Assembly (NCBI GenBank): GCA_034530875.2
Contig: JAVRCJ020000023.1
Coordinates: forward strand, 66,778-130,777
DNA from: Nostoc sp. DedSLP01
Lineage (GTDB): Bacteria; Cyanobacteriota; Cyanobacteriia; Cyanobacteriales; Nostocaceae
Length of the DNA stretch: 64,000 bases
Reading direction: 5' to 3'
In this document: in pieces, positions 41,761-52,921 of the stretch
Numbering within the stretch: position 1 is the stretch's first letter
Layout of the letters: each line of letters opens with the position of its first letter
Position numbers and translations under genes: made by a program
The notes under the pieces: generated by a model
What the model saw: only the letters and a program-made list of their open reading frames with translations
What the model was told of the DNA's origin: nothing
The model's database searches: none

Positions 41761-44112
41761 TTACTTTACCTGAGAATTACTAATAGAAAATCCTCGACGC
41801 GTAGGCTTAATACTAGCTAACTCTACCTGAAAACTTACCTTATCTTTCATTTCGCCACTTTTCGCTTCCAAAGTCCATTTACCAGGACGTAAATTCCAAA
41901 ATAAATAATTATCTGAATTTGTATCTAACTTTTCCCCATTTAACCACCACTCTACAGGTGCAGATTTATTTCCTGCCAATTTGAATTCTAATTTTTGCTG
42001 TCCTGCTTCACCTGGATACAATAAAAATACATCGCCATGATGGGGAGATAGAATTCTCAAATTATCAGAAATTAAATGCGATCGCTGTTGTTTTGCCAAC
42101 CATTCATCATACTCTGGCGGCAAATCAAATTTATTTTCAGCTTCGTAATTATTTTTATCTTCTGGATAGAAATATTCTTGCACCACTGAGTTACAATCTG
42201 GCGTTGGTTTTAAACCAGAAATCGCACAAATAGGCAGTTGAATTAAACCTTCTGGAGATGGAAAAGCTGCTGGTTCTTGATGTTCGTGCAGATGTAACAT
42301 AATTCGATTCCACAGAGGCGCTGCACCCGTAACACCTGAAACCTGACGCATGGGTTCGCCGTTGAAATTACCTACCCAAGTAGCGACGGTGTAATCTGTA
42401 GTGAAACCAACTGTCCAAGTATCACGAAAATTAGAAGAAGTACCAGTTTTAACAGCAGCAGGAAAGCGCAAATTTAACACCGAGTCTACACCAAAAGCTG
42501 TTGCACGAGCATGATTATCGCTGAGCATGTTGATAATTAATTGCCAAATTTTCTGGTTCGGGAGTGGGGAGTGGGGAATGGGGAGTAGGGAATTAGAAAA
42601 TGTGGTTACTAAAGGAATCGCATCTCCTTGTCGTGCTATTGTTAAATATGCTCTGGCTAATTCCCAAAGACTGACTTCGCCGCTACCCAAAGTCAAACCT
42701 AAACCATAATGTTCTGGTGTTTGATTTAAATGTTCAAACCCCAGTTGATGCAGACGTTCTAAAAAAGTTTCCACGCCTACTTTTTCTAAAACGCGCACTG
42801 CGGGTACGTTGAGAGAATTTGCTAAAGCGATTCGCACCCGCACCGGGCCAAGAAAACTTTCAGTATAATCAGTTGGGCTATAAAGTTTCGCGCCGGGAAT
42901 GGCATAACGAGCTGGTACGTCTGCCAAAATGGTGTTTGGGCGAATGAGATTTTTTTCTAAAGCAAGTTCGTAGACAAAAGGCTTGAGGGTAGAACCCGGT
43001 TGACGTAGCGCCTGTACTCCATCATTGCGTCCGAGTTGGGCTTCATTAAAATAATCAGGCGAACCGACATAAGCCAAAACTTCACCAGTGTGGTTGTCTA
43101 TTACCAACGCAGCTGCATCGTGGACGTTGTTAGCAGCCAGAGAAGAAATTACCTGTTGTACCTGTGCTTCGACAAATTGCTGCAAAGGACGATTTATAGT
43201 TGTGCGAATCACAGACTGATCCCCCCTAACCCTCCTTAAAAAGGGGGGAATTGAATCTTTCTTTGAAGGAACTAAGCCCCCCTTTTCAAGGGGGGTTGGG
43301 GGGATCTGATTTGCTAACCAAAATAAAAAGTGTGGTGCGGCGATAATTCCTTTTTGGCGAGATTGAAAGACTACTTTTTCGGTGGATGTTCGTTGTGCGA
43401 TCGCCTCACTCACATACCCTTCTAGTACCATACGATTAAGCACATATTTTTGCCGCTGCTTTAACCGTTCCCAATGTTCGTAAGGATTAAAATAAGTGGG
43501 ATTATTAGGAATAGCAGCTAACAAACTCGCTTGGGCAAGATTCAAATCGCTGGCTGGCATAGAAAAATAAGTCCGCGCCGCAGCTTCTACACCATATATA
43601 TTCCCTCCCATTGGCAAGCGATTGATGTATGCAGAGAGAATTTCATCTTTATTCATCCCTGCGACTAACCGCCAAGACAGCCAAATTTCTTGCATTTTAC
43701 CTGACAAAGTACGCGGCACGGGTTCTAACATCCGCGCTAATTGCATAGTAATTGTGGAAGCACCGGAAACAATTCGTTTGGCGTGGATAGCTTCTTTCAT
43801 AGCGCGAACAACTGCTTTCATATCCAACGCGCCATGTTGGTAAAAGCTAGCATCTTCCGCCGCTAAAATTGCCTGGATAAACTGGGGCGAAACTTGATTT
43901 AGCCCAACTACTGATGTATGCTCTTGGTCGCGAGTCAGTAACGTACCTAATGGTAAATTATTGCGATCGCTAAATTGCATTGCCAATTGATTCTGCGCTA
44001 TATCTGCCGCACGAATTGGTGCAAAATAAGGCAACAAACGCACCACCAAACATATTACCAGCACAGCCAGGATAACTTTAGCGTGCTTAATTCGTAAAAT
44101 TCCTTTCATCAC
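41761..44112 (-). CDS. pbpC: Penicillin-binding protein 1C
   Basis: AEDASF, GASTITMQLAR, PGSTLKPF (SxxK), SLN, KTGTS, C-terminal BiPBP_C-like domain; next to an alpha-2-macroglobulin gene. Confidence 0.92.
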   Translation of the reverse strand: MMKGILRIKHAKVILAVLVICLVVRLLPYFAPIRAADIAQNQLAMQFSDRNNLPLGTLLTRDQEHTSVVGLNQVSPQFIQAILAAEDASFYQHGALDMKAVVRAMKEAIHAKRIVSGASTITMQLARMLEPVPRTLSGKMQEIWLSWRLVAGMNKDEILSAYINRLPMGGNIYGVEAAARTYFSMPASDLNLAQASLLAAIPNNPTYFNPYEHWERLKQRQKYVLNRMVLEGYVSEAIAQRTSTEKVVFQSRQKGIIAAPHFLFWLANQIPPTPLEKGGLVPSKKDSIPPFLRRVRGDQSVIRTTINRPLQQFVEAQVQQVISSLAANNVHDAAALVIDNHTGEVLAYVGSPDYFNEAQLGRNDGVQALRQPGSTLKPFVYELALEKNLIRPNTILADVPARYAIPGAKLYSPTDYTESFLGPVRVRIALANSLNVPAVRVLEKVGVETFLERLHQLGFEHLNQTPEHYGLGLTLGSGEVSLWELARAYLTIARQGDAIPLVTTFSNSLLPIPHSPLPNQKIWQLIINMLSDNHARATAFGVDSVLNLRFPAAVKTGTSSNFRDTWTVGFTTDYTVATWVGNFNGEPMRQVSGVTGAAPLWNRIMLHLHEHQEPAAFPSPEGLIQLPICAISGLKPTPDCNSVVQEYFYPEDKNNYEAENKFDLPPEYDEWLAKQQRSHLISDNLRILSPHHGDVFLLYPGEAGQQKLEFKLAGNKSAPVEWWLNGEKLDTNSDNYLFWNLRPGKWTLEAKSGEMKDKVSFQVELASIKPTRRGFSISNSQVK

Positions 44113-44371
44113 TGCCCAACCAAACTTACCTTAATTCTGACGCACCAATTACCTCGACATCAGGAAATATATCAAACCCTTAATAATTAACTTCTAATTC
44201 CTTAGAAATATAAATTAATATTCACAAACCTTCAACACTTCTTAATAGTTAAGAATTGTACTCATTTCTTGGAACAATCCCACTGAAGTAGTTATCAATA
44301 TAAATAAACTCTCCTCTAACTCCTCTCCGCACCTGTGCGTCTCTGCGCGATTATTTTAAATTCCTAAAAAT

Positions 44372-47300
44372 ATGATTATCAAATTAATCCAATATCTTCT
44401 TATCCTCACACTTTCACTAACCATATCAGCCTGTAACTTTTTCAATATCACCTCAACCAAAGAACAACTCCCAACAGTCTCCCCCCTCACCCCCCCAAAA
44501 CTACCAGACTGGATTGAACAAATAAGTCCCATCGGAGAAGCCAAACCCCTCAACCAAATCCGCATCCGCTTCAAAGAAGCCTTAATTCCAGTAGAAAATC
44601 TAGACAGTCCAGAACAACAAAAACTATTACAAAAATTTGCCCTTTGGCCGCCTTTACCCGGAGAATTTCGCTTTCTAACACCGCGCATGGTAGGATTTCA
44701 AACCCAAAAAGCACTACCAAAAGCTACCCGATTACAAGTTACTCTTAAATCAGGTTTAGCCGATTTAAAAAATCATCGCCTAGATAAAGATTTAGCTTGG
44801 ACATTCAATACCGAATCTATCAAATTAACTAATTTACCGGGCGTCAACCCTATTGAAAAAGCTGATGCCCAACCAATAGACTTACAAGAAAAATTACAAT
44901 TTACTTCCAACGTAGAATTAGATTTAAATTCCGTACAAGAACATTTACAGCTAATTCCTGAAGGCAAAAATCAAGGTGTAAGCTTCAAAGTCGAATTAAA
45001 CAAAGAAGAAAAACCACCAGAAGACGAAGAACCTTTAGAACAATTCGACCCTTCCGCCCGCAATTGGATTTACAACCTCGCCCCACAACAAAACCTTGAA
45101 AAAGCAACACGTTATCGCCTAGTATTTTCTCCTGGAATACTTCCTGCTTACGGCAACCTCTCCACAGAAAAAGAATTTGCCAGTAAATTAGCAACTTATT
45201 CGCCTTTAGCATTTAAGCAAATCAACTTTTACGGACAGCCAGATGCAAGTGGAACTTACGGAAGATTTCTAAAAGGCAGTCCCCAATTAGAATTTAATAA
45301 TATTTTAGTAGCAGATTCCGCCAAACAAAACATTACCATTAATCCCGCACCAAAAGATATTGCCAGACTTCTTCAAGTCAGCGAGGAAGATACAATCGTC
45401 GGCATCAATCCTTACGCACTAGAACCAGCGAAAACCTATACAATTACTATTAACGGCAACCTCAAAGATAAATTTGGGCAGACTTTAGGTAAACCCGTCA
45501 CGCTTAAATATGATACTGGAGATTTAGCCGGGGATATCTGGGTGCCATCAGATTTAAATATTTTCCCTTCAGGTAAAGATTTACAGTTAAATATTACTAC
45601 GGGAAATCTACCAGAATCGAAATACAAAGCATCTTATCGAGTAGTTAAACCAACAGATTTAGTTTATTTTAACTATAGTAATGATTTCTTACCCCAACCA
45701 TCTGAATGGCAAAGTTTCAAAGTATCAGGTAAGAAAAATCAATCAGTTGATGTTACCGTTCCTCTGCGAGAAAAAATAAATGCTCCTACAGGAATGTTAG
45801 CTTATGGAGTGCAAGCCCGCACGAATAAATATCAAGAGAATGGAAAAGAATTGTGGCGGGAACCTACTACTTATGGCATGGTTGAATTAACAAATTTGGG
45901 TGTATTTACTCAGTGGTTTCCAGAGTCAGGCTTAATTCGCGTTAATCATCTTGATAATGGTTCGCCAGTGAAAGCAGCTAATATTGAAATTTATCAATCG
46001 CAATTACAAGCAAAATCGCGTCCAGAACCCGTACCTTGTGCCACAGGTGCAACTGATGAAAATGGTACTTTTAGAGTTAATCGCGAACAATTACAGCAAT
46101 GTAATACTGAAAATCAAAGTTCTGTTAAATCACCACAAGTATTAGTAATTGCCCGTGAAAATCAAGATTGGGCATTTGCCAGAACTGAAGAATATAGCGG
46201 CGTTTATGGCTATGGCATTGATGCAGGTTGGCAAGATAACAAACCAGAATCACGCGGCATAATTTTTTCAGATAGACAATTATATCAACCAGGCGAAAAA
46301 GCTTGGTTGACTGGTTTTGCTGATTATTTACAAAATGGTGCAATTCAGCAAGATAAAAATGCTGTTTATCAATTAACTCTCCTCAACCCCGATGGACAAA
46401 AGACAAATTTAGGAACGCAAACCACAAATGAGTTTGGTACATTTTCTCTAGAATTACCCATCGCAAAAACTCAACGCTTAGGCTACTATACAATCCAAGG
46501 CAAAGGAAAGAATGGGCAAGAAATTTCGGGAGAATTTCGAGTAGCTGAGTTTAAACCACCTAATTTTAAAGTGGAACTCAATTTAGATAAAGAATTTGCT
46601 CTCATTGATGAGAAAGTCAATATTAATGCCACCAGTAATTATTTATTTGGCGCACCAGTAGAAGGCGGAGAAGCAAAATACTTTATCACTCGCCAACAAG
46701 CCAATTTCATCCCTAAAGGTTGGGATGAATTTAGTTTTGGTAGACAATGGTTTTGGCCGGAAGAATCACCTACTATATCTAGTGATGTATTGCAAACTAA
46801 TGCCCAACTAGATGCGAATGGTAAAAGTAGTCAAACTTTGATTGTGGCTAAAGATTTACCATATCCCATGACTTACCAAGTTGATGTACAAGTTGCAGAT
46901 GTTTCCAATTTGTCTGTAGCGAATTCTCAAACTTTTACAGCCTTACCAAGTAATCGGCTGATTGGGTTAAAAAGTAATTTTATTGCTGATGCTGGTAAGG
47001 CTTTACCCATTGAAGTAATTGTCACTGAACCTACAGGAAAATTAATTACAGGTCAACGGGTGCGGGTAGAATTACAACAGATAAAATACAGCAGCGTCAC
47101 ACAATTAGTTGAAGGTAGCCGCACGCCAAAAAATCAAGTTGAATATAAAACACTGGCACAAGCAGAAATTACATCTAATACTAATCCACAATCGCTAAAT
47201 TTAACACCTCCCGAATCTGGTTCGTATCGTATTAGAGCTAATTTTAGCGATGATAAAGGCGAATTAAGCGCCACAGATTTACAAATTTGGGCAACTGGAG

Positions 47301-50086
47301 AAAATCCAGTATTTTGGGGTTCGAGAGAGAAAGATGTTTTAGAAGTTAAGCTGGATAAAAAAGAATTCAAACCAGGCGAAACTGCTACCGCATTAATTCA
47401 ATCTCCCTATCCAGATGCAGAATTATACTTTGCTGTCATCAAAGATAAACCCCTTTATCAGCAAATAACTAAAGTTCAAGGAGGCGCACCACAAATTAAA
47501 TTTCAAGTGACGCCAGAAATGTTACCCAATGCAGCCGTCGAAGCTATATTAGTAAGGCAAGGTAAACCGATTAATCAAGTGGAAGCTGGAAGTTTAGATA
47601 ATTTGGTGAAAATTGGTTTTACACCTTTTAAAGTTAACTTGGAAGATAAATATTTAAAACTGCAAGTTAAGCCATTACAAGCATCGTTAGAACCTGGCGC
47701 AGAGGAAACAGTACAACTAGAATTAAAAGACAACCAAGGAAACCCCGCCCAAGGACAGTTTACAGTTATGGTGGTGAATGAGGCGGTGTTACAACTTTCT
47801 GGTTATCGTCCGCCGAATTTGGTAGATACAGTTTATGCAGAACAACCGATTTCTACTCGTTTTAGCGATAATCGACCAGATGTCATCTTACAACCACAAG
47901 ATGTAGCGAAACCAAAAGGTTGGGGTTATGGCGGTGGTTTCTCAACTGGCGCAGCAAATACTCGCACTCGTACTGATTTTCAAGCTTTAGCTTACTACAA
48001 CGGTTCCGTTCTCACCGACGTTAATGGTAACGCACAGATAACCTTTAAATTACCGGATGATTTAACGACATGGCGGGTGATGGCTGTGGCGACTGATGGA
48101 AATCTGCGTTTTGGTAATGGGGATGCGACATTTATCAGCACCAAACCACTGCTAACTAATGCCATCTTGCCACAGTTTGCCCGTCCAGGCGATCGCATTC
48201 TCGCTGGCTTATCCGTCACCAACAACACCGGAAACACCGGAAATCTCTCAATTAATGGCGAAGTTGGCGGTACAGTTAAATTTGCTGATAAAAATCCCAC
48301 AGTTGCTTATTTACAAACCAAAACTGAATCTGCAACTCAAGCTTATCGCTTTCCAATGGTTGCTGATAGTGTGGGAGTCGGTAAAGTTCGCTTTACCACT
48401 CAGCTAAATAATACCGCCGCAGACGCTTTTGAAGTACCTTTAGAAGTTAAGCCAATTGAAATTACAGAACAAGTTGTAGAAACTGGCGTCACTACAAAAC
48501 AAGTAAAAATTCCCCTCAATGTTGATAAAAATACCTTCCCAGATGCAGGAGGTTTAGATATTCAATTGGCGAGTACTTTGATTCCCGAAATTAAAGCACC
48601 AGCAAAACAGGTTTTGGAAGATAATGATTTACCTTTTGCAGAACCAGCAGCAAGTCAATTAACAATTGCTGCAAATCTCCAAACTCTTTCCAAAAAATGG
48701 GGACTGGGGACTGGGGACTGGGGACTGGGGAATGTAAATCAATATGTTGAAAAATTACAAAAACTGCAAATTGCCGATGGTGGTTTCGCTGCTTTTCCGG
48801 GACAAGAAAAATCCGATCCTTGGGTTTCTTCTTATGCTGCTGAATCTCTGGTAAAAGCAAATCAGGCGTTCCCGAATTTAGTTGATGCTGGAATATTGCT
48901 TCGCCTCAAACCTTATTTACAAAAAGTTTTAGCTAACCCTGGAGAATACGATTTTTGCAAACAACTACTATGTAAAAGACAACTGCAACTAAAGGCTTTA
49001 ATTGCCATATCAGAACTAGGTGAAAAGCGCAATACTTTCCTGGCTGATATTTACGAACAGCGCAATAATTTTGATTTAGTCACTCAAATTAAACTAGCGC
49101 GATACTTATCTCAATTCCCAGAATGGCAAGACGAATCTCAACAATTAGTAAATAAACTGCAACAAAACATCTATGAAACTGGCCGCACAGCAGTTGTAAG
49201 TTTGCCAAATAGTTGGGGATGGATGAGTTCATCTACTGCAACCCAGGCGGAAGCTTTACGTTTATTTATTGCCAAACAAAGTAAACCCGAAGTCATAGAT
49301 AAGTTATTCCAAAGTCTTCTCGCACTGCGGCGGAATGGAACATGGCAAACTGACTATAATAATGCCCAAGCATTAACAGCTTTGGTAGAATATAGCCAAC
49401 TGCAACCCACACCACCGAATTTTGTTGCCACAGTAAAACTAGCTGGGAAAAAGTTAGGAGAAAATCGTTTTGAAGGCTACAAAAATCCTAGCTTACAACT
49501 AAGTACGCCGATGAATCAATTACCTCGCGGGCGTCACGATTTAACGCTCCAAAAATCAGGTAATGGAAGTTTACATTATTTGGTTGCTTATAATTATCGC
49601 TTGCAAGGAAATCAACCAGGCAGATTTAATGGTTTACGCATAACACGAGAAATTAGTCAAGTAAATGAAGAGAAAGTTCTACAAAAAACAGGGCTTTATG
49701 CTTTCGATAAACCCTTGACTTTAGCCGCTGGACAAGTGTTTGATATTGGTTTAGAAATTATCGCCGATCGCCCCGTAGACCATATAGTAATAAAAGACCC
49801 ACTACCAGCAGGTTTTGAAGCGGTGGATGCGAGTTTTCAAACTGCTACGGCTGCATTGCAAGCAAAAGCCGATAGTTGGCAACTTGGGTTTAGGAATATA
49901 TATCGCGATCGCATTATCGCCTACGCCGACCACCTGGAACCAGGAGTTTATAGCCTGCATTATTTAGTCCGTTCTGTGACGCCTGGAACATTTTCCTGGC
50001 CTGGTGCCCAAGTGCATTTGCAATATGCACCAGAAGAATTCGGGCGCACTGCTGAGTCTACATTAATATTGGAGAGTAGAAAGTAA
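44372..50086 (+). CDS. Bacterial alpha-2-macroglobulin family lipoprotein
   Basis: Lipobox ISAC, SDRQLYQPGE, FRVAEFKPP, LPDDLTTWRVMAVA, DPLPAGFE, YAPEEFGRT; 1904 aa. Confidence 0.93.
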   Translation: MIIKLIQYLLILTLSLTISACNFFNITSTKEQLPTVSPLTPPKLPDWIEQISPIGEAKPLNQIRIRFKEALIPVENLDSPEQQKLLQKFALWPPLPGEFRFLTPRMVGFQTQKALPKATRLQVTLKSGLADLKNHRLDKDLAWTFNTESIKLTNLPGVNPIEKADAQPIDLQEKLQFTSNVELDLNSVQEHLQLIPEGKNQGVSFKVELNKEEKPPEDEEPLEQFDPSARNWIYNLAPQQNLEKATRYRLVFSPGILPAYGNLSTEKEFASKLATYSPLAFKQINFYGQPDASGTYGRFLKGSPQLEFNNILVADSAKQNITINPAPKDIARLLQVSEEDTIVGINPYALEPAKTYTITINGNLKDKFGQTLGKPVTLKYDTGDLAGDIWVPSDLNIFPSGKDLQLNITTGNLPESKYKASYRVVKPTDLVYFNYSNDFLPQPSEWQSFKVSGKKNQSVDVTVPLREKINAPTGMLAYGVQARTNKYQENGKELWREPTTYGMVELTNLGVFTQWFPESGLIRVNHLDNGSPVKAANIEIYQSQLQAKSRPEPVPCATGATDENGTFRVNREQLQQCNTENQSSVKSPQVLVIARENQDWAFARTEEYSGVYGYGIDAGWQDNKPESRGIIFSDRQLYQPGEKAWLTGFADYLQNGAIQQDKNAVYQLTLLNPDGQKTNLGTQTTNEFGTFSLELPIAKTQRLGYYTIQGKGKNGQEISGEFRVAEFKPPNFKVELNLDKEFALIDEKVNINATSNYLFGAPVEGGEAKYFITRQQANFIPKGWDEFSFGRQWFWPEESPTISSDVLQTNAQLDANGKSSQTLIVAKDLPYPMTYQVDVQVADVSNLSVANSQTFTALPSNRLIGLKSNFIADAGKALPIEVIVTEPTGKLITGQRVRVELQQIKYSSVTQLVEGSRTPKNQVEYKTLAQAEITSNTNPQSLNLTPPESGSYRIRANFSDDKGELSATDLQIWATGENPVFWGSREKDVLEVKLDKKEFKPGETATALIQSPYPDAELYFAVIKDKPLYQQITKVQGGAPQIKFQVTPEMLPNAAVEAILVRQGKPINQVEAGSLDNLVKIGFTPFKVNLEDKYLKLQVKPLQASLEPGAEETVQLELKDNQGNPAQGQFTVMVVNEAVLQLSGYRPPNLVDTVYAEQPISTRFSDNRPDVILQPQDVAKPKGWGYGGGFSTGAANTRTRTDFQALAYYNGSVLTDVNGNAQITFKLPDDLTTWRVMAVATDGNLRFGNGDATFISTKPLLTNAILPQFARPGDRILAGLSVTNNTGNTGNLSINGEVGGTVKFADKNPTVAYLQTKTESATQAYRFPMVADSVGVGKVRFTTQLNNTAADAFEVPLEVKPIEITEQVVETGVTTKQVKIPLNVDKNTFPDAGGLDIQLASTLIPEIKAPAKQVLEDNDLPFAEPAASQLTIAANLQTLSKKWGLGTGDWGLGNVNQYVEKLQKLQIADGGFAAFPGQEKSDPWVSSYAAESLVKANQAFPNLVDAGILLRLKPYLQKVLANPGEYDFCKQLLCKRQLQLKALIAISELGEKRNTFLADIYEQRNNFDLVTQIKLARYLSQFPEWQDESQQLVNKLQQNIYETGRTAVVSLPNSWGWMSSSTATQAEALRLFIAKQSKPEVIDKLFQSLLALRRNGTWQTDYNNAQALTALVEYSQLQPTPPNFVATVKLAGKKLGENRFEGYKNPSLQLSTPMNQLPRGRHDLTLQKSGNGSLHYLVAYNYRLQGNQPGRFNGLRITREISQVNEEKVLQKTGLYAFDKPLTLAAGQVFDIGLEIIADRPVDHIVIKDPLPAGFEAVDASFQTATAALQAKADSWQLGFRNIYRDRIIAYADHLEPGVYSLHYLVRSVTPGTFSWPGAQVHLQYAPEEFGRTAESTLILESRK

Positions 50087-50136
50087 TATCAGTTCAAAAT
50101 TCAAAAAAAAGAAAGTAGGGTTGTATCTGTCTTATA

Positions 50137-50280
50137 TCTTGCACGCCTGCGACTGGAAGTCGCGGCTACACAGGCCAATCCCGCCTGCCTTGGGTTTGAA
50201 ACCCTTGATTTTGCGTTAGTTCGCGCACCATCCGGACTTCGTTTGTATAGCCGCGATTTCTAATCGCTAGGGCTAGGTGC
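50137..50280. repeat. Dispersed palindromic repeat element
   Basis: GCGACTGGAAGTCGCGGCTACACA ... TGTATAGCCGCGATTTCTAATCGC inverted arms. Confidence 0.6.
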
Positions 50281-50309
50281 TTCATAAAGCATCACTTCTC
50301 CCCAAAAAG

Positions 50310-50348
50310 CTGTGGTGCGCTTCGGCTTTCGGCTTTAGCGCACCACAG
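50310..50348 (-). terminator. Probable intrinsic terminator downstream of infC
   Basis: 12-bp perfect stem CTGTGGTGCGCT/AGCGCACCACAG followed on the - strand by a T run. Confidence 0.65.
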
Positions 50349-50373
50349 AATTTAAAATATTTGGAAAATTAAT

Positions 50374-50865
50374 TTAGGCTGGAACGACTTGAGCAATCAA
50401 TGAGCGTTTATCAAGGGTGTGAACTTTACCTACTTTGCTGAGAGCATTTACAATTCGCTCTAGCATTTCTCCAGCCTGTTCGCGGTATTGATTTTCGCGG
50501 CCTCGTAAACGAATAACAAACTTAACTGAATCGCCTTTACTCAACCAACCAACCGCTTGTTCGATACGTAAATTGTAATCAGCTACTCCCACATTGGGAC
50601 GCAGCCGCACTTCTTTTACCGTTGGTCTAGCGCTCTGTGTCTGACGCTTTTTCTTTTGATACTGAAACTTGCCATAGTTGAGGATCTTCGCTACTGGAGC
50701 TTCTTTGCCTTCGGAGACTACAACTAAGTCAAGTTCTACGCTCTGTGCTAGCTGTAGAGCCTCGCGGGTATCGATTATACCACGATTGTTATTCTCATGG
50801 TCAATCAAGAACACTTGAGGTGACTTGATTTGTGAGTTAATTTGTTGCTTTTGGATTGCGATAAT
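50374..50865 (-). CDS. infC: Translation initiation factor IF-3 (divergent copy), probable ATT start
   Basis: QINSQIKSPQV..DLVVV..PVAKILNYGKFQY..KEVRLRP..KGDSVK..RGRE; no ATG near the expected start, ATT ATC preceded by GAGAG. Confidence 0.85.
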   Translation of the reverse strand: MIAIQKQQINSQIKSPQVFLIDHENNNRGIIDTREALQLAQSVELDLVVVSEGKEAPVAKILNYGKFQYQKKKRQTQSARPTVKEVRLRPNVGVADYNLRIEQAVGWLSKGDSVKFVIRLRGRENQYREQAGEMLERIVNALSKVGKVHTLDKRSLIAQVVPA

Positions 50866-51365
50866 GTTTTTCTCTCTATTGTTCAATTTTCTGCTTTGCA
50901 AGCACTCAAATTCTAACACAAGCTTCGTATGAAGACATGACGCCCTATTGTCAACCTTCCACAATTCTTTCACGAGCGCCGCCCATATTGCCCACGCAGC
51001 CTAAGTGAATACCGCGTCTCTTCACCATCACTTGAAATTTGCCACTACTGTGAGTTTTTTACTATATCAAAAGCAACTTATGCTCCAAATCGTCACTTAA
51101 TGCTAGCGTAGGAGATGAATTCCGCAACAGCTAGCCGCTACGTAGGAAAACTCCTCATAGTTGAGCTGTGAATATAATCGGTTGTTTGGGATACTACCCA
51201 GGACATAGACTCGGCTAAAAACTAGTCAATAAACTTAAAAGGGAGCCGAGACAAGAGAAAACAAATTAATCAATAAAGAATAAATCAAAAATTACCCGGT
51301 AGCAGTTCTCGACTTTATGAAATAAAAATTGTATAAAAGGCTTAAACAGTAAAGGATGTAAGCTA

Positions 51366-51803
51366 ATGGCTCGAAAAGCAAACAAAGTTCTGAAACAGTC
51401 TGGAGTTATTCCTTATAGATTTAACAACGGTAAAGTCGAAATCTTGTTGATTTCAACTCGCAACCATCAGTATTGGGTAATTCCCAAAGGTGATATTCCC
51501 AATGGAATGAGTCCACCCGATTCCGCAGCCAAAGAAGCATGGGAAGAAGCAGGAGTAATTGGACGGGTGGACGCGAATCAACTGGGGACTTACAAGTACC
51601 GCAAACAAGGCAAAGCTTACCAAGTCAAGATGTATTTATTACCAGTCGATGTCCTGAGTGAAGATTATCCAGAAGCAACTAAAAGAAAACGCCAGTGGGT
51701 AGAAGTAAATCAAGCTATCAGACGAGTAAAGTTTAATTCGCTCAAACGAGTCATGAAAAATTTTTTTCAAGTCAAATCTTCCTCTTGTGTATTTCGATGC
51801 TAA
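51366..51803 (+). CDS. NUDIX hydrolase (DIPP/Ap6A-like)
   Basis: WVIPKG...SAAKEAWEEAGV Nudix box. Confidence 0.9.
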   Translation: MARKANKVLKQSGVIPYRFNNGKVEILLISTRNHQYWVIPKGDIPNGMSPPDSAAKEAWEEAGVIGRVDANQLGTYKYRKQGKAYQVKMYLLPVDVLSEDYPEATKRKRQWVEVNQAIRRVKFNSLKRVMKNFFQVKSSSCVFRC

Positions 51804-51970
51804 AGAAGAACTCAGAATTCAGAATTCAGAATTCAGCATCAAAAAGGTCGCAGATACTCTGTCGGAAATCAAGTACAAAAATGTTACCGAGAAGCACCAC
51901 CAAATTTTAAATTTTGCGTGGTGTTTCAATTTATATTCACATTCGCCAGTCGCTAACTTTCACCTGAATT

Positions 51971-52921
51971 TTATCCCCAATTTGCAAACTTATCTGTTGC
52001 TTCAATCAAAGCACTAAGAATTCCTGGTTCGCTCATGGAATGACCGGCATCAGAAATTACAATAAATTCGGCTTCCGACCAAGCACTATGTAATTCCCAA
52101 GCTGATATCATCGGGCAGACTACATCATAACGTCCTTGAACAATTACCGCTGGAATATGGCGGATGCGGTCAATATTTAAAAGTAACTGTTCTTCGGTTT
52201 CAAAAAATCCCTTATTGATAAAATAATGGCATTCAATGCGAGCAAAAGCTGAGGCAAATTCATTTTCACCAAACTTTTGCATGAGTTGTGGATCGAAAAA
52301 AAGTCTACTCGTACTAGCTTCCCAAACTGACCAAGCACGGGCTGCTGTTAATTGAATTTCTAAATCTGGACTCGTCAAGCGTTTATAATATGCTGCAATT
52401 AAATCATCACGCTCATCTATAGGAATTGGTTTTAAATATTCTTCCCAAGCATCAGGAAAAAGATAGCTAGTGCCTTCTTGATAGAACCATCGCAACTCTT
52501 TTTGTCTCAGCAGAAAGATACCGCGAAGAATTAATCCCGTGCATCGAGAGGGATGGGTTTGACTATAGGCTAATGATAAAGTACTACCCCAACTCCCACC
52601 GAAGACTGTCCATTTTTCTATATTTAAATGTTGGCGCAGTTTTTCGATATCGCTGACTAAATCCCAAGTAGTGTTTTCTCGTAATTCAGCATGGGGTTTA
52701 CTTTTACCGCAACCGCGCTGATCGAACATTACCAGCCGCCATTTTTCTGGGTGGAAATATTGGCGATAAAAAGCTGGACATGCACCACCAGGCCCTCCAT
52801 GTAGCAAAACTACAGGTTTACCTTCAGGATTGCCTGATTCTTCAAAATGGATAGTATGCAGGTCAGAAACCTGTAAATTGCCTTCTCGGTAAGGTTCGAT
52901 CGCCGGGTAAAGTTCTCGCAT
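51971..52921 (-). CDS. pip: Proline iminopeptidase
   Basis: HGGPG, DQRGCG, GGSWG nucleophile motif, GRYDVVCP, AGHS. Confidence 0.95.
   Translation of the reverse strand: MRELYPAIEPYREGNLQVSDLHTIHFEESGNPEGKPVVLLHGGPGGACPAFYRQYFHPEKWRLVMFDQRGCGKSKPHAELRENTTWDLVSDIEKLRQHLNIEKWTVFGGSWGSTLSLAYSQTHPSRCTGLILRGIFLLRQKELRWFYQEGTSYLFPDAWEEYLKPIPIDERDDLIAAYYKRLTSPDLEIQLTAARAWSVWEASTSRLFFDPQLMQKFGENEFASAFARIECHYFINKGFFETEEQLLLNIDRIRHIPAVIVQGRYDVVCPMISAWELHSAWSEAEFIVISDAGHSMSEPGILSALIEATDKFANWG

Noticed and set aside
50866..50973. N-terminal extension of IF-3 from the GTG at 50973
   Set aside because: Not IF-3-like; an ATT start with RBS at 50865 fits better.
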